The notes beneath the pieces were generated by a model that saw nothing but the letters and a program-made list of their open reading frames with translations, searched no databases and was not told the origin of the DNA. A program made the position numbers and the translations under genes. A stretch of DNA of 64,000 bases from Alphaproteobacteria bacterium (GTDB taxonomy: Bacteria; Pseudomonadota; Alphaproteobacteria; UBA828). The stretch covers positions 288,001-352,000 of the forward strand of contig CBDCCI010000002.1 of the NCBI GenBank assembly GCA_965214705.1. The letters are read 5' to 3'. This document shows positions 21,037 through 31,422 of this stretch, in pieces. Positions within the stretch are counted from its first letter, which is position 1; each line of letters opens with the position of its first letter.

Positions 21037-21362
21037 TGGCGCGGAACCCGCATATCCGCACAACCTCCGCAAGCGCGATACATTAGCACAGTTGCGGACA
21101 ATTGCCGCGCAAGGCACCGCGCGGCGCGCCGGCTGCTCCGCGATCGTGAACGGGGACATGCAGCACGGTCCACGCTTGCGCGTTGTGGAGATGGTCGATC
21201 CCTTCGCCGCAATCGCCGGCGATACGGTGGCGTCGCCGATCGGGCGGCGACGCCCGCAGACGCATACCCAGAGCGGTGAAGGCAGCGCTTGGTGTAGGCC
21301 AGTTCGATGGAGGAGGATCAGCGCAAGTGGGGCCTCTAACGATTCAAGAAAGCCATTTCTGG

Positions 21363-24300
21363 CTAGGACGCAAAGGAACTACGGGGCAGCAGGGGCTTCC
21401 ATTCCCGCCCGTTCGCATTTCCGGAAGACCAGAAAACGGGAAGGGTGTTGTTGGGGATTGTGTTGTGAAAGGAAACGAGAGCAGCCACGTCTCCGAAGCC
21501 CAGCGGATGTTGGGGTGTCAGTTGCTGCCCAATTTGAAACATTATCTCTTCTGCATATGCTCTTTCGCTGTCGTCGTCGAATATGCCGGCGTCAGGTGAA
21601 AACGCCTTCACCTGGTCATCGAATGTGGTCATGGTTAGGACGCTTACTTCCGGAAATTCGTGTTGCAGTCGCATAATCGCTTCCGGAAAGGCCGTTTGGA
21701 GACAGCACACGACGCGACCTTCGCCGGCGAGTTCGGAGAACAGCTGCTCATCCAGCGACCAAAGTCGTTTGAGGCCCTGCACAAGAGTGTTTCCGGTGCC
21801 TGCAAAGTCATCGACGACGACGAGTACGGGGTCGTTGTCGAGACGTGCCTGGACCCAGGTGTACATGCCTTTGACGTGACTGCATTTTCCCGGACTCATG
21901 CGTTTGGCGAGCTCTCGAGCGGTAGCGGCTCCGCTTTTCGTATCCGAGTCGACGTGACCCAAGTAAAGGTTATCTTTTCTTCGCCTGAATATACGCCACG
22001 CACCGTCGCCGATGTCTTGCCTGCGCGCATTCAGTGAATTGTCCATCTTTGCGAGGCCATTGACGCTCGCGCCATCATTAACAAATCCGTTCTCTGCAAG
22101 CCGCTTGAGCAACATAAAGGCTACCTCGACACGGCTGTCATCGTCGAACTGGCGTAACCATCGACGGACCTCTGCGACGTCTATTTGGCGTCCCAGATAA
22201 ACGAGACGCTCGGACACGGAGAGAAGCTCGTCCTCTGTGATCGGGAAAGCGGCGGACTCGATGATCGTCAATGGAGTCGTCTCATCTACCGGCTCTGTCG
22301 CGGCCAGTTCTTCCTGGAAAGATCGCCAAACCGGTATGAGTTCAACCTCACCGCTCTCGAGCAACCAGTCTCGGAATGCAGGGAGCGCGACCTCATAACC
22401 TCGTGAACCGGCCTTTTGGCGGGAGATAACGCGTCTTCGCATCAGCCCGTCCTGGATTTCGCGAAGATCCTGTGGTGACAACCGCTCGTGGGGTTCCAAA
22501 TCGAGTTGCTTTTGCGCTTCTATCAGATCATCTACCGATTCATATTCACCCGAACCGAGCCTTGCCACGATCGCGAGGAAGAGGCAGTTGCGGGCAACAG
22601 ACCCCTGCTTGTGGTTGGGATCGAGAACGGGAACGTCTTCCCAAAAATGCGCGAAGTTCGTCGGCCCAAGCTCTCGCACCAGACTACGCCGCACGTAATC
22701 GAAATCGCTGGTCCCCACGTAAGTGCGCTGCTCCTGAGCGCAGCGGCGGAATACTTTGCCAGCGACAAGATGCATGTAGAACGGATTGCCCCGACAATAG
22801 TCCACGATGCGCTTTACGGTGTCAGGATCGTACTCGATCTTGCCGGCGAGTGGTTGGATTAGAAGGGCTTCGCAATCGGCGTCTACTTCGATTCGGTCAA
22901 GAGAACTATTGATCCATTTATTTAGGTCGGCCGAATGACTATGGTAGATGCTGTTCATTCGTTCGCTGCCGACGAACATGAAGGTCAATCCAACCTCCGA
23001 GAGCGAGCGCAGAGCCTTGACGAACTGCTTACCGCGTTCTCCCAAGTAGAAGGCGGGATTGAGATCGTCAAACTCATCGATGATGACCAACATCTTGCGG
23101 CCGATTTCGCGCGCTAACCCGTCGACGTAGGGAACAAGGCGGCCGAGACCCGCTCGGAAGTCATCTTCGGCGGGTGGTTGGCGCTGGATGCCCAGCGCAC
23201 TTGTCAGGCGGGTGGCCAAAGTGTGTCCAAGCTGTCCTTCGTGCAGGGACGCCAATTCGCCCATTCGCAGCACAACGCACACGATGTCGTCACGGGCATC
23301 AAGGTTAGCGGCTAGGACCTGGAGCACCGAGGTCTTGCCGACTCGCTTCTGGCCCCACAAGAACGTGGATGTCTCGTTCGAGACGTGAAGTTCGAGCTCA
23401 GCGAGGACGGAGTCCCTACCGTAAAGATCTTTCTTTTCTCGGATCGGATTGATTGCGTAGGGAGGGTTCTTGAGTAGCTCGTCCCAGTCTGGCTGGGTGC
23501 GTTGCTGTTGGAACTCGAGATACTGCTCAAATTTCAAGGTTCGCCCGTTTGCCGTCTGGCATGCCAGCGCAGCCTGGAGGTTGAATGTTCTATCGCCTGG
23601 GGCGTTGCTCAACTTGAGCTGGATCAAGCGTTCGGTGTGGGGTGGGAGGTCGAAGGGAGTGGAAGGTTCGAAAGCGGAGAGTGTTGCGATTCCAACTGGA
23701 TCGGCCAATAGGATGCTGACCGAGTAGGCTGTTCCATCCCCGTCGTTGACCACGCGCGCCGGAAATACGATACCGTCGTTGCGGCCGCCGAGATCAAGCT
23801 TGAACGTGCCGCCCACGATTTCGAGCGCAGGCTTCATCATCTCGTCACTCGCCTGGGTTCCTTCTTCGATGAGGCGGGACATGTGCTTGGCCACTGGCTC
23901 CAGCACCATCCTCTGGAGTCTGTGGTTCACATTGTCGCCCAGTCCATCGAGCGTCCGTTGCAATTGACGAGTTAAGTCACGCGCGCGCCTGGGAATTCGT
24001 TCGGCCTCGTATCTCTCGCAGCTTTCGCAGAACTTGCGGAACAAGGTTCCCAGCAGCGTTTCAACATCCCGAAGAGTCTGCCGTTCCCCCAGGAGCGCGT
24101 AAGGCGTGTATGCATGAGCGTGCTTGATGATGTCGGTGGATGGCAACTTGGCAGCGACGACCGTCGACTGGCAGAAGCTTTGTACTGCCCTGTCCAACGC
24201 CGAACTCAGTTCCCTTGTTTTGACCGTGGCTGCGGTCATCGTTGCGGACGGGTTGGTCCTTGCGGGAAGGCGGAGCAGTGAGCGGAGCGGCGGTGCAATC

Positions 24301-25364
24301 CGATAGCTGAGATCGCCAACTCGCGCTGGAAGCTCCCGGCCTGCGTCTTCCATTCTCAATGTTGCATGAAGTGTCGCCAGGGCAAGCGATTCGACAACGA
24401 ATTTGTCGATGTGCTCCAGCAGATCCGCGATGGTGTTAATCTCGGCATCCACTGGGTTGGTCGACGCCCACCACGTGACGGTGTTTACGAATGTCTTCTC
24501 AAGATCGGCGTTGTCTACCAAATGCAGTTGCGATGCAAATGCTTCTCCCACACCGAGGCTGTCGCCATTCGTTCGGTAACGGTCAAGGATGGCCTGGAAC
24601 TCTTCGGCTTTGCCCTCCGGTTCGCCAGGGTCTCTTGCGGTGTCAGCCTGTGCTTTGTCCTGTGCCCCAACAGGAACGTCAACTAGAAGGGATACCGAAG
24701 GCGGGCGTTCTGTCCCGATCGCTAGAAGGTCCTCGACCGGACCGGCCGACTCGCCGCGGCCCCGCTTCCGCTCACGCCAGCCAAGGTCCGGCTCGCCGCG
24801 GCCCACAGGTTCGGCCAAGACGGTCGAGGCATCCACGGCCACGATGGACGAAACCATCGGACCCTGACGGCCTTCCGTCACCTCGCAGGTCACGGTCGCG
24901 CCCTGCGGCAGCGTGTCGTACCCGGCGTCCCTGACGACCGAGGCATGGCAGAACACGTCGGGCGAGCTGTCGTCGGGCACCAGAAACCCGAAGCCTTTCG
25001 CCGGATTGAACCATTTCACGGCAGCCACGACGCGGCGGCCCCGAGCCGGACCAGGCTCGCCGTGACCATGTCCGTACGCCCTGCGCGGCGACATGCCGCC
25101 CCTCGCCGGGATCGCGGTCGAGGTATCGACGGCATGAATCTGCGTGACTTGGGGACCCTGGCAGCCCTGCTCGACCTCACACGTTACAGTCGCACCCTCG
25201 GGCAGAGTTTCGAAGCCCGCCCACTTCACTACCGATGCATGGCAGAAGATGTCGCGCGAGCCTTCGGCGGGGGTCAGGAAACCAAAACCCTTCACCGGAT
25301 TGAACCATTTGACCGCCGCAACGACCGTTGCGCCGGGCGCCGACCCTGAACCGCCTTCCCGCAT
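21363..25364 (-). CDS. Fusion: two cold-shock domains + P-loop (STAND-like) ATPase + PRTase-like C-terminal domain (1333 aa)
   Basis: Two VKWFNPxKGFGF...FCHAS repeats; Walker A WGQKRVGKTS; Walker B IIDEFD; PRPP loop VVDDFAGTG and PLGF...HNTIPNNTLPVFW; no stop between parts; purine-rich stretch (AAGGAAAGG...AGGA) before ATG 25364. Confidence 0.8.
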   Translation of the reverse strand: MREGGSGSAPGATVVAAVKWFNPVKGFGFLTPAEGSRDIFCHASVVKWAGFETLPEGATVTCEVEQGCQGPQVTQIHAVDTSTAIPARGGMSPRRAYGHGHGEPGPARGRRVVAAVKWFNPAKGFGFLVPDDSSPDVFCHASVVRDAGYDTLPQGATVTCEVTEGRQGPMVSSIVAVDASTVLAEPVGRGEPDLGWRERKRGRGESAGPVEDLLAIGTERPPSVSLLVDVPVGAQDKAQADTARDPGEPEGKAEEFQAILDRYRTNGDSLGVGEAFASQLHLVDNADLEKTFVNTVTWWASTNPVDAEINTIADLLEHIDKFVVESLALATLHATLRMEDAGRELPARVGDLSYRIAPPLRSLLRLPARTNPSATMTAATVKTRELSSALDRAVQSFCQSTVVAAKLPSTDIIKHAHAYTPYALLGERQTLRDVETLLGTLFRKFCESCERYEAERIPRRARDLTRQLQRTLDGLGDNVNHRLQRMVLEPVAKHMSRLIEEGTQASDEMMKPALEIVGGTFKLDLGGRNDGIVFPARVVNDGDGTAYSVSILLADPVGIATLSAFEPSTPFDLPPHTERLIQLKLSNAPGDRTFNLQAALACQTANGRTLKFEQYLEFQQQRTQPDWDELLKNPPYAINPIREKKDLYGRDSVLAELELHVSNETSTFLWGQKRVGKTSVLQVLAANLDARDDIVCVVLRMGELASLHEGQLGHTLATRLTSALGIQRQPPAEDDFRAGLGRLVPYVDGLAREIGRKMLVIIDEFDDLNPAFYLGERGKQFVKALRSLSEVGLTFMFVGSERMNSIYHSHSADLNKWINSSLDRIEVDADCEALLIQPLAGKIEYDPDTVKRIVDYCRGNPFYMHLVAGKVFRRCAQEQRTYVGTSDFDYVRRSLVRELGPTNFAHFWEDVPVLDPNHKQGSVARNCLFLAIVARLGSGEYESVDDLIEAQKQLDLEPHERLSPQDLREIQDGLMRRRVISRQKAGSRGYEVALPAFRDWLLESGEVELIPVWRSFQEELAATEPVDETTPLTIIESAAFPITEDELLSVSERLVYLGRQIDVAEVRRWLRQFDDDSRVEVAFMLLKRLAENGFVNDGASVNGLAKMDNSLNARRQDIGDGAWRIFRRRKDNLYLGHVDSDTKSGAATARELAKRMSPGKCSHVKGMYTWVQARLDNDPVLVVVDDFAGTGNTLVQGLKRLWSLDEQLFSELAGEGRVVCCLQTAFPEAIMRLQHEFPEVSVLTMTTFDDQVKAFSPDAGIFDDDSERAYAEEIMFQIGQQLTPQHPLGFGDVAALVSFHNTIPNNTLPVFWSSGNANGREWKPLLPRSSFAS

Positions 25365-25700
25365 TCCTGACGACCTGCCTTTCCTTGATTGCCGGAGCCA
25401 GGCCGCCGCCGGGCCACCGGTCGAATGATCGCGGCGGAGCGGTCTCCGCCACCGGGCTGGCATCATAGTTACGGCCGGGGCGCGGCAACAGATCCGTGAC
25501 GCCTTGTGTGTCCGCCTCCAGCATCGCGTCATAACGAAGTCGCCCTCCGCCACCGCCGCGCGCCGCCTCCCCGTCGTCATTCTGCCGCCACACGTCTGTG
25601 CGCCACCGCGAGCGAGAGGCCGGCCGTGACGCGGGCGGCGGGGGCGGCGCTGCGGAGCGTGTCCCCGCCGTCGGCAACCACCACCGGGGGAGACGGCAAG

Positions 25701-26024
25701 ATGCGGACCGGCCGAATGTTCCATCGCGACGCGCAGACCTTTCTGGTGCACCTGTTCGGCAGAGGTCTCGACGACGAGCGCTACGTGGTCGAGAAGTACC
25801 GTTCCCATCCCAACGGCGAGATCGAGCCCATCCAGGCGGAGGAGCCCAGGACGAAGGGCCGGCGCAGGCCGCGCAGGAAGATCGTCTCGCGCAAAGCGGT
25901 CCGGGAGATGCGGCCCGAACGCGACGAGATCATCGTCTGCACAGGGGTCAAGCTGGCCCGCTCCGGAGTCCAGATCTGGGGTGTTGCCGCGGCAGGCCTC
26001 GGCCTCGTGCGCACCGCGCGCTGA
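25701..26024 (+). CDS. Hypothetical protein
   Basis: GGGGAG RBS, protein-like composition, operon-like spacing to the next ORF. Confidence 0.6.
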   Translation: MRTGRMFHRDAQTFLVHLFGRGLDDERYVVEKYRSHPNGEIEPIQAEEPRTKGRRRPRRKIVSRKAVREMRPERDEIIVCTGVKLARSGVQIWGVAAAGLGLVRTAR

Positions 26025-26039
26025 CCGGGGTGGCCGGTC

Positions 26040-26849
26040 ATGCCGCTCAGGGACCCGGTGAAGAAGAAGGCGCGGGACCTTCGCCACCGTCAGCGCCACG
26101 CCGCGCGCTCCGCCAGCGGCCGTTGCACCCGCTGCGGGCGACTTCCTCCCGAGCCCGGTCGCAAAGTGTGTACAGGCTGTGCCGAGAAGCGCCGCGCCGC
26201 CGACCGCGCCCGCCGTGCCAGAGCCCGGCAGCAGGGGATGCCGTACGGCGGCCGCGATCCGGAGCAGTGCCGACGCGCCGACCGCGCCGGCGACAGGCGC
26301 CGCCGCCGGGCGCGTCTCGAGGCGGGCCTCTGCACGTCCTGCGGCCTCCGCCGGCCGGAGGACAACCGCTCCGTCTGCGAGCCGTGCCGCGAGGCAAGGC
26401 GCGCACGCGACCGCCGGCGCTATGAGACGCGAAGGGTGGCCGGCCGCTGCGTGCGCTGCACGCAGCCCACGGTCGGCGGCCTGTCGCGCTGCGGCCGGTG
26501 CCTCGCGCTGGAAAAGGAACGCGTCTGTCCCGAGCAAGAGAGCGCCGCCGGGAAGAGACGCTATGTCGCGAGGCGAGCGCAGGGCGCGTGTGTGGATTGT
26601 GGAGTCCCCACCGGCGGCTCGGCCCGCTGTCCGCGCTGCGCATATCGATCCAACTCCCGCGCGCCCGAGCGCCACCTGGCGGCGCTCTGGCCGCCGCAGA
26701 TCACCGTGGTCGAATTGGAGACGGGCGAGGAGCTGGGCGTCTTCGAGACCGAATCCGAGGCCGCCGCCTGCATCGCCTTCGCCCGCCTGCGCCCCGACCA
26801 GGTGGAGATCCTCTCCAACGTTCCCTTGATGGCTTTGTCGCCCTCATGA
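26040..26849 (+). CDS. Arg-rich protein with four CxxC-(9-11)-CxxC repeats
   Basis: GRCTRC..VCTGC, GLCTSC..VCEPC, GRCVRC..RCGRC, GACVDC..RCPRC. Confidence 0.75.
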   Translation: MPLRDPVKKKARDLRHRQRHAARSASGRCTRCGRLPPEPGRKVCTGCAEKRRAADRARRARARQQGMPYGGRDPEQCRRADRAGDRRRRRARLEAGLCTSCGLRRPEDNRSVCEPCREARRARDRRRYETRRVAGRCVRCTQPTVGGLSRCGRCLALEKERVCPEQESAAGKRRYVARRAQGACVDCGVPTGGSARCPRCAYRSNSRAPERHLAALWPPQITVVELETGEELGVFETESEAAACIAFARLRPDQVEILSNVPLMALSPS

Positions 26850-27093
26850 GCGCTGACCCGCCGCGGGCGTTCCGAACGTGAACCTGCTCCCGTCAACCGC
26901 GATACCTAATGGGCGCCACGGCAGTCACCGGCCGTGCGGTCCGCGAGGCCTCGTGAACCCGGCGGGCCTCAGAGCAGGCGGCAGACGAGAGGAGGTGTGG
27001 AGCTTGGAGAAGGTGAGCAGGGCGGGGCCGAGGAGAGGCTCCAGCCCGCTCGCCAACCTTCGTCATCAACTCGAATCGACAGGAGACAAGACC

Positions 27094-27537
27094 ATGGCTT
27101 TCGGATTGAACAGGGCCGAAGTGATCGGCCGGCTGGGTGCCGATGCGACCATCAGCAACCTCGCCTCCGGCGGGCGCGTCGCCAACATGAGCATCGCGAC
27201 CGACGAGAGCTACATCGACAGGCAGAGCGGCGAGAGGGTGGATCGGACGGAGTGGCATCGCGCGGTCAGCTTCCAGAGCGGGCTGATCGACATGCTGGAG
27301 AAGCACGCGAAGAAGGGCCGGTTGGTCTACGTCGCGGGCAAGCTGCAGACCCGCCGGTGGCGCAAGGACGGCGAGGACAGCGACCGGTTCTCGACCGAGA
27401 TCCTGCTCGTCCCCGGTGGCCGCATGCAGTTTCTCGATCGCCCCGCCGGCAGCAACGGCAACGGCGCCCAGGCGTCCGACGGTGAGGCTGCGCCGGCTGC
27501 CGATGCCGATCCCGCGGATAGCACCATACCGTTCTAG
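27094..27537 (+). CDS. ssb: Single-stranded DNA-binding protein
   Basis: LNRAEVIGRLGAD...TEWHR...GKLQTR, IPF tail; AGGAG RBS. Confidence 0.95.
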   Translation: MAFGLNRAEVIGRLGADATISNLASGGRVANMSIATDESYIDRQSGERVDRTEWHRAVSFQSGLIDMLEKHAKKGRLVYVAGKLQTRRWRKDGEDSDRFSTEILLVPGGRMQFLDRPAGSNGNGAQASDGEAAPAADADPADSTIPF

Positions 27538-27574
27538 TTAAACCCCGCGGCGGGCTTCCTCGGCCCGCCCGCCC

Positions 27575-27618
27575 CATGGCCGGACTCGCGTCCCTCCCGC
27601 GCGGGTTCGGCCATTTTT
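27575..27618 (+). terminator. Intrinsic terminator after ssb
   Basis: ATGGCCGGACTCGCG...CGCGGGTTCGGCCAT-TTTT. Confidence 0.6.
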
Positions 27619-27820
27619 GTGCAGCGTGTTCCGAGTCCCTCACGGGCCGGACGGCGGGGCTCGCGCTTCGCGCGCCGCCCGCCGTCCCGGCTCCTCCAGG
27701 AGAAAGAGTGAGGCCGGGACCGGGCACGTCCCATCCAGCGGCCAGCGAGGTCCCCATGCTCTCCATCTCCGCTCACGGTCCCGGCTTCGCCGGCTCCCGC
27801 CCCCGCCCGAGGTGTGCGCC

Positions 27821-28801
27821 ATGAACGCGGCCTCCGTCGCCGCAGCACTCGCCGAGCGCGCCGAAGAGGTCTGCCGCCGATACCTGCCCTACGGGCGGCG
27901 CCGGGGCCGGTATTGGGTCGCGGGCGACCTCGACGGTGGGCGCGGCCGATCCCTTTACGTCCGCCTCGCGCCGCCGGGTGCGTCCGGGAAGTTCACCGAT
28001 GCAGCCACGGGGGAGCATGGCGATCTGCTCGACATCATCCGCCACCGCACCTGCGCGCCGACGCTGCGCGCGGCGCTCGACGAGGCCCGCGCCTTCCTCG
28101 CCCGGCCGGCTTCGCCGGCCGCGGGCTCGGGCGACTCCTACGACGCCACCGAAGCGGCGCGGCGTCTCTGGCGCCGCTGCCGCGCCATCGACGGCACGCA
28201 TGCGGAAGCCTACCTGCGCGCCCGGGGACTCGCGCGCTGCCGCTTCGCGGCCCTGCGCTTCCATCCCGCGTTGCTCTACAGGGATGGCGGCGGCATTCGC
28301 CGCCTGCCGGCCCTCGTCGCCGCTGTAACCGCTCGCGACGGCGACATCGTCAGCGGTGTCCATCGCACATGGTTGGACCCTCAGCGCCCCGCGAAGGCAA
28401 ACCTCTCATCGCCGCGCAAGGCGCTGGGCCGCGTGCACGGCCATGCCGTCCGTTTCGGCGCTCCCGGCGCCGGCACGCTGCTGGTCGGCGAGGGCATCGA
28501 GACCGTGCTGTCCGTCGTCACCGCCATCCCCGACACCGTCGCCGCAGCAGCACTGTCCGCCGGCAGCCTCGGCGCATTCGCACCGCCTACCGGCCTCACG
28601 CGGCTGGTCATCGCGCGCGACAACGACCCCGAGGGAGAGCGTGCCGCCGAGCGCCTCGCCCGCCGCTGCGCGCGGGCGGGCGTCGCCGCCACCGTCATCG
28701 TGCCTCGCGGCACCGACTTCAACGAGGACTTGCTCACCTTCGGTCCCGCCGCGCTCGCCGCCTGGACGGCGGCCGCGCTCGCAGACCGGGAGCTCGAGTG
28801 A
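27821..28801 (+). CDS. Plasmid-type toprim (primase-like) protein
   Basis: AEAYLRARG, GVHRTWL, VGEGIET, IARDND, DFNEDL motifs. Confidence 0.88.
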   Translation: MNAASVAAALAERAEEVCRRYLPYGRRRGRYWVAGDLDGGRGRSLYVRLAPPGASGKFTDAATGEHGDLLDIIRHRTCAPTLRAALDEARAFLARPASPAAGSGDSYDATEAARRLWRRCRAIDGTHAEAYLRARGLARCRFAALRFHPALLYRDGGGIRRLPALVAAVTARDGDIVSGVHRTWLDPQRPAKANLSSPRKALGRVHGHAVRFGAPGAGTLLVGEGIETVLSVVTAIPDTVAAAALSAGSLGAFAPPTGLTRLVIARDNDPEGERAAERLARRCARAGVAATVIVPRGTDFNEDLLTFGPAALAAWTAAALADRELE

Positions 28802-28877
28802 AGCAGGCGAGCGGCGATCCTCATGGAGAGGAGAGAGAGTCCTTTCCGCACCGGCATCACGCTACGGGGAGAAGGCC

Positions 28878-29011
28878 ATGAGCAGCGACATCAGGTTCCG
28901 GCGGGTGGGCGAGAACGAAGCCCGCGTCTATCAGGACGGCGACTACGTCGGGGACGTCTTCCGTCACGACGACATCCTCAACCGCGGCGCCGTGTTCTAC
29001 GTGGTGCACCT
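28878..29011 (+). pseudogene. 5' half of small hypothetical gene split by the RIT composite
   Basis: MSSDIRFRRVGENEARVYQDGDYVG...VHL; continues at 37076 (SEDPRGPVRVHER); homolog intact at 14512-14739. Confidence 0.85.
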
Positions 29012-29343
29012 CCTATGTTGAGCTCAACATAGTGAATTGGCCTGTATCGGTCGTGCGCAGCAGGACCGATACAGGCATTGAGCTGAGCCGCGCTGCACGG
29101 CCGTAGTGCCGGGCTATGGGGAAAGTAACCGCTGGGTGGGAGCCGATTAGGCCGAAGCGGTGCAACCTGTTGGTGTCGCTGGCGGCGCCGGCACTCTGAA
29201 TCTCCACTTATCAGGTTGCGACGCGGCTGTGCAGGGGCTCGCGACGATGTTTCGCCGCCGGGCAGCACGAAGCGGGCGCAGGAGCGGTCGCGGCGCGGCG
29301 GCCGGGGGGACTGTTGTCGGACCTTGTCGGTTCTGACGCATCG

Positions 29344-30564
29344 TCACGGCGGTCGGGTATTCGTCGCCCGCATGGCTGCTTGGGGCTGCGGCTCAAGAAT
29401 GACGGTTTGCCGCAGCGTTGCCTCGCCGCACTGGCGGCACACGGTGATGTCGATCCCCGTCAGTCGCAGCATCATCTGCTGCGTCGTTTCCGGCTCCCGC
29501 GGTTCAGGGGCAGGCTGGCCGAGCAGGTCTCGGCAGCGGGCGAGCTTGCGAGCCCGGCAGCGATTGGCGAGCAAGCCGTAGTGGCGCAGGCGGGTGAAGC
29601 CGCGCGGGAGGACGTGCAGGAGGAAGCGGCGGATGAACTCGTCGACGTCGAGACGCATCACCTTGACCTTGTTGCCGTCAGCGTAGTCGCGCCAACGGAA
29701 GCGAACGTGCTCGCCGTCGAAGTCGACGAGGCGATGATTGGCGATGGCAGCCTTGTGGGTGTAGCGCCCGAGATAGGCCAGAACGTGCCCGGCGCCGGCG
29801 AACGGGGCCTTGGTGTAGACCACCCAGTCGTTCGACCGCAGCGCGGTCTTCAGACACTCGAACTCGCGGCTGTCGTCACCACCGCCGACGACCTTGAGCC
29901 GGAGTTCGCCGTCGCGGTGCGCGGCGCCGAGGAAGTCGAGATACTTGCCGCGGAAGACCTTCGAGAGCGCGACCGTGGGGAACAGGAAGCCCTTGCGCGC
30001 GGGAGTGAGCCAGCGCTCTCTGTCCGGGCTCAGACCGCCGTCGGTGACGATACAGTGGACATGGATGTGCTGTCCCAGATTCTGCCCCCAAGTGTGCAGC
30101 ACCATGGTGATGCCGAGCTCGCCGCCGAGCCAGCGGGGATTGCGGCCGAACTCGAGCAGGGTCTGGGAGGCGGCCTTGAAGAGCAGCCTGTAGATGAGCG
30201 CGGCATTGCCCTGGGCCACGGGGTTGAGCTCGTGGGGCAGGGTGAACACGACATGCCAGTAGTCGATGTCGAGCAGATCGGCGCACTGACGCTCAACCCA
30301 CCTGGTCTGCGAGAGGGTCTGGCACTTGGGGCAATGACGGTTCCGGCACGAGGCGTACTGGATCGTCACCGCCCCGCAGTGATCGCATTCTGCCTTGAAC
30401 CCGCCGAGCACAGCGGTGCGGCAGTTCACCAGCGCGTCGACGACCCTCTGCTGCTGGGCCGAGAGCAGATGTGTCTCGCCATAGGCGTCGCCGCGCTCGC
30501 GCAGGATGTCCGCGACCTCCAGCGCCGGCCGTGTGGCTGGCGCCGCGTGGCCGACATGAGCCAC
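29344..30564 (-). CDS. IS91-family HUH transposase
   Basis: SCRNRHCPKC, HIHVH, YLGRY, FIRRFLLHVLP. Confidence 0.95.
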   Translation of the reverse strand: MAHVGHAAPATRPALEVADILRERGDAYGETHLLSAQQQRVVDALVNCRTAVLGGFKAECDHCGAVTIQYASCRNRHCPKCQTLSQTRWVERQCADLLDIDYWHVVFTLPHELNPVAQGNAALIYRLLFKAASQTLLEFGRNPRWLGGELGITMVLHTWGQNLGQHIHVHCIVTDGGLSPDRERWLTPARKGFLFPTVALSKVFRGKYLDFLGAAHRDGELRLKVVGGGDDSREFECLKTALRSNDWVVYTKAPFAGAGHVLAYLGRYTHKAAIANHRLVDFDGEHVRFRWRDYADGNKVKVMRLDVDEFIRRFLLHVLPRGFTRLRHYGLLANRCRARKLARCRDLLGQPAPEPREPETTQQMMLRLTGIDITVCRQCGEATLRQTVILEPQPQAAMRATNTRPP

Positions 30565-30567
30565 CGG

Positions 30568-31422
30568 TCAGGCCTGGGCAGGACGCGGAAACTCCAGCAG
30601 GTCCAGGGGCGACGGCGTGGCGGACGTCTTGTCGTGAGCAAGGTGAAGGTAGCGCATGGTCGAGCGGATTGAGGTGTGCCCGAGGCGGCGTTGGATGACA
30701 TGCAGCTCGACGCCGGCCTCGAGGAGCCCGGTGGCGTAGCAATGGCGCAGCGTGTGGATCCCGCCGGGCTTGGCGATCCCGGCTTTGTCCTTGGCTCGAT
30801 CGTAAACGTGTGCTGGCCCATGGCGCGTCATCGGCCGGCCGGGAATCCGACCGGGGAACAGCCAGTGCTCGGGCCGTACCCGCTGCCAGTACTCGCGCAG
30901 CTCGTCGAGCAGCCGGGGCGAGAGCGGGACGTAGCGGTCCTTGTTGCCCTTGCCCTGATCGACGCGCAGGCACATCCGCTGTGAGTCGATATCGCTGATC
31001 TGCAACCGGCCGAGCTCGCTCGCCCGAAGCCCCGCTGCATAGGCCGTCATCAGCAAGGCGCGGTGCTTGCGGTTGATGGTGACGCTGAACAGCCGCACCA
31101 GTTCGTCTTGGTTGAGCAGTACGGGCAGGGTGGAAGGCGTCTTGGCGAAGGGCAGATAGAAGTGCGGCTCGGGCAAGCCCAGCGTGATGCGATAGAGGAA
31201 GCGGATCCCTTGGCGAGCGCTGTTGCAGCTCTGCCAAGCCAGCCCCCGCTCTTCGTGAAGAAAGATGAGGTACTCCTGGACTTCCTCCGCTGAGATGTGC
31301 TCGGGGCTGCGACCGTAGTGAACCGCGAGCCCGGAGACCGAGTTGAGGTAGGACTTCCTGGTGTTCTCGGCGAAGCCGCGAACCGTCATGTCGTTGATCA
31401 TGCGCTGGCGAAGTGCCGTCAT
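30568..31422 (-). CDS. Tyrosine recombinase of the IS91-type element
   Basis: GLRASE, GKGNKDR, HTLRH, LGH, TMRY. Confidence 0.93.
   Translation of the reverse strand: MTALRQRMINDMTVRGFAENTRKSYLNSVSGLAVHYGRSPEHISAEEVQEYLIFLHEERGLAWQSCNSARQGIRFLYRITLGLPEPHFYLPFAKTPSTLPVLLNQDELVRLFSVTINRKHRALLMTAYAAGLRASELGRLQISDIDSQRMCLRVDQGKGNKDRYVPLSPRLLDELREYWQRVRPEHWLFPGRIPGRPMTRHGPAHVYDRAKDKAGIAKPGGIHTLRHCYATGLLEAGVELHVIQRRLGHTSIRSTMRYLHLAHDKTSATPSPLDLLEFPRPAQA

Noticed and set aside
25365-26675. N-terminal 437 aa of the 1770-aa ORF
   Set aside because: Antisense to two credible plus-strand genes and low complexity; the likely start is 25364.
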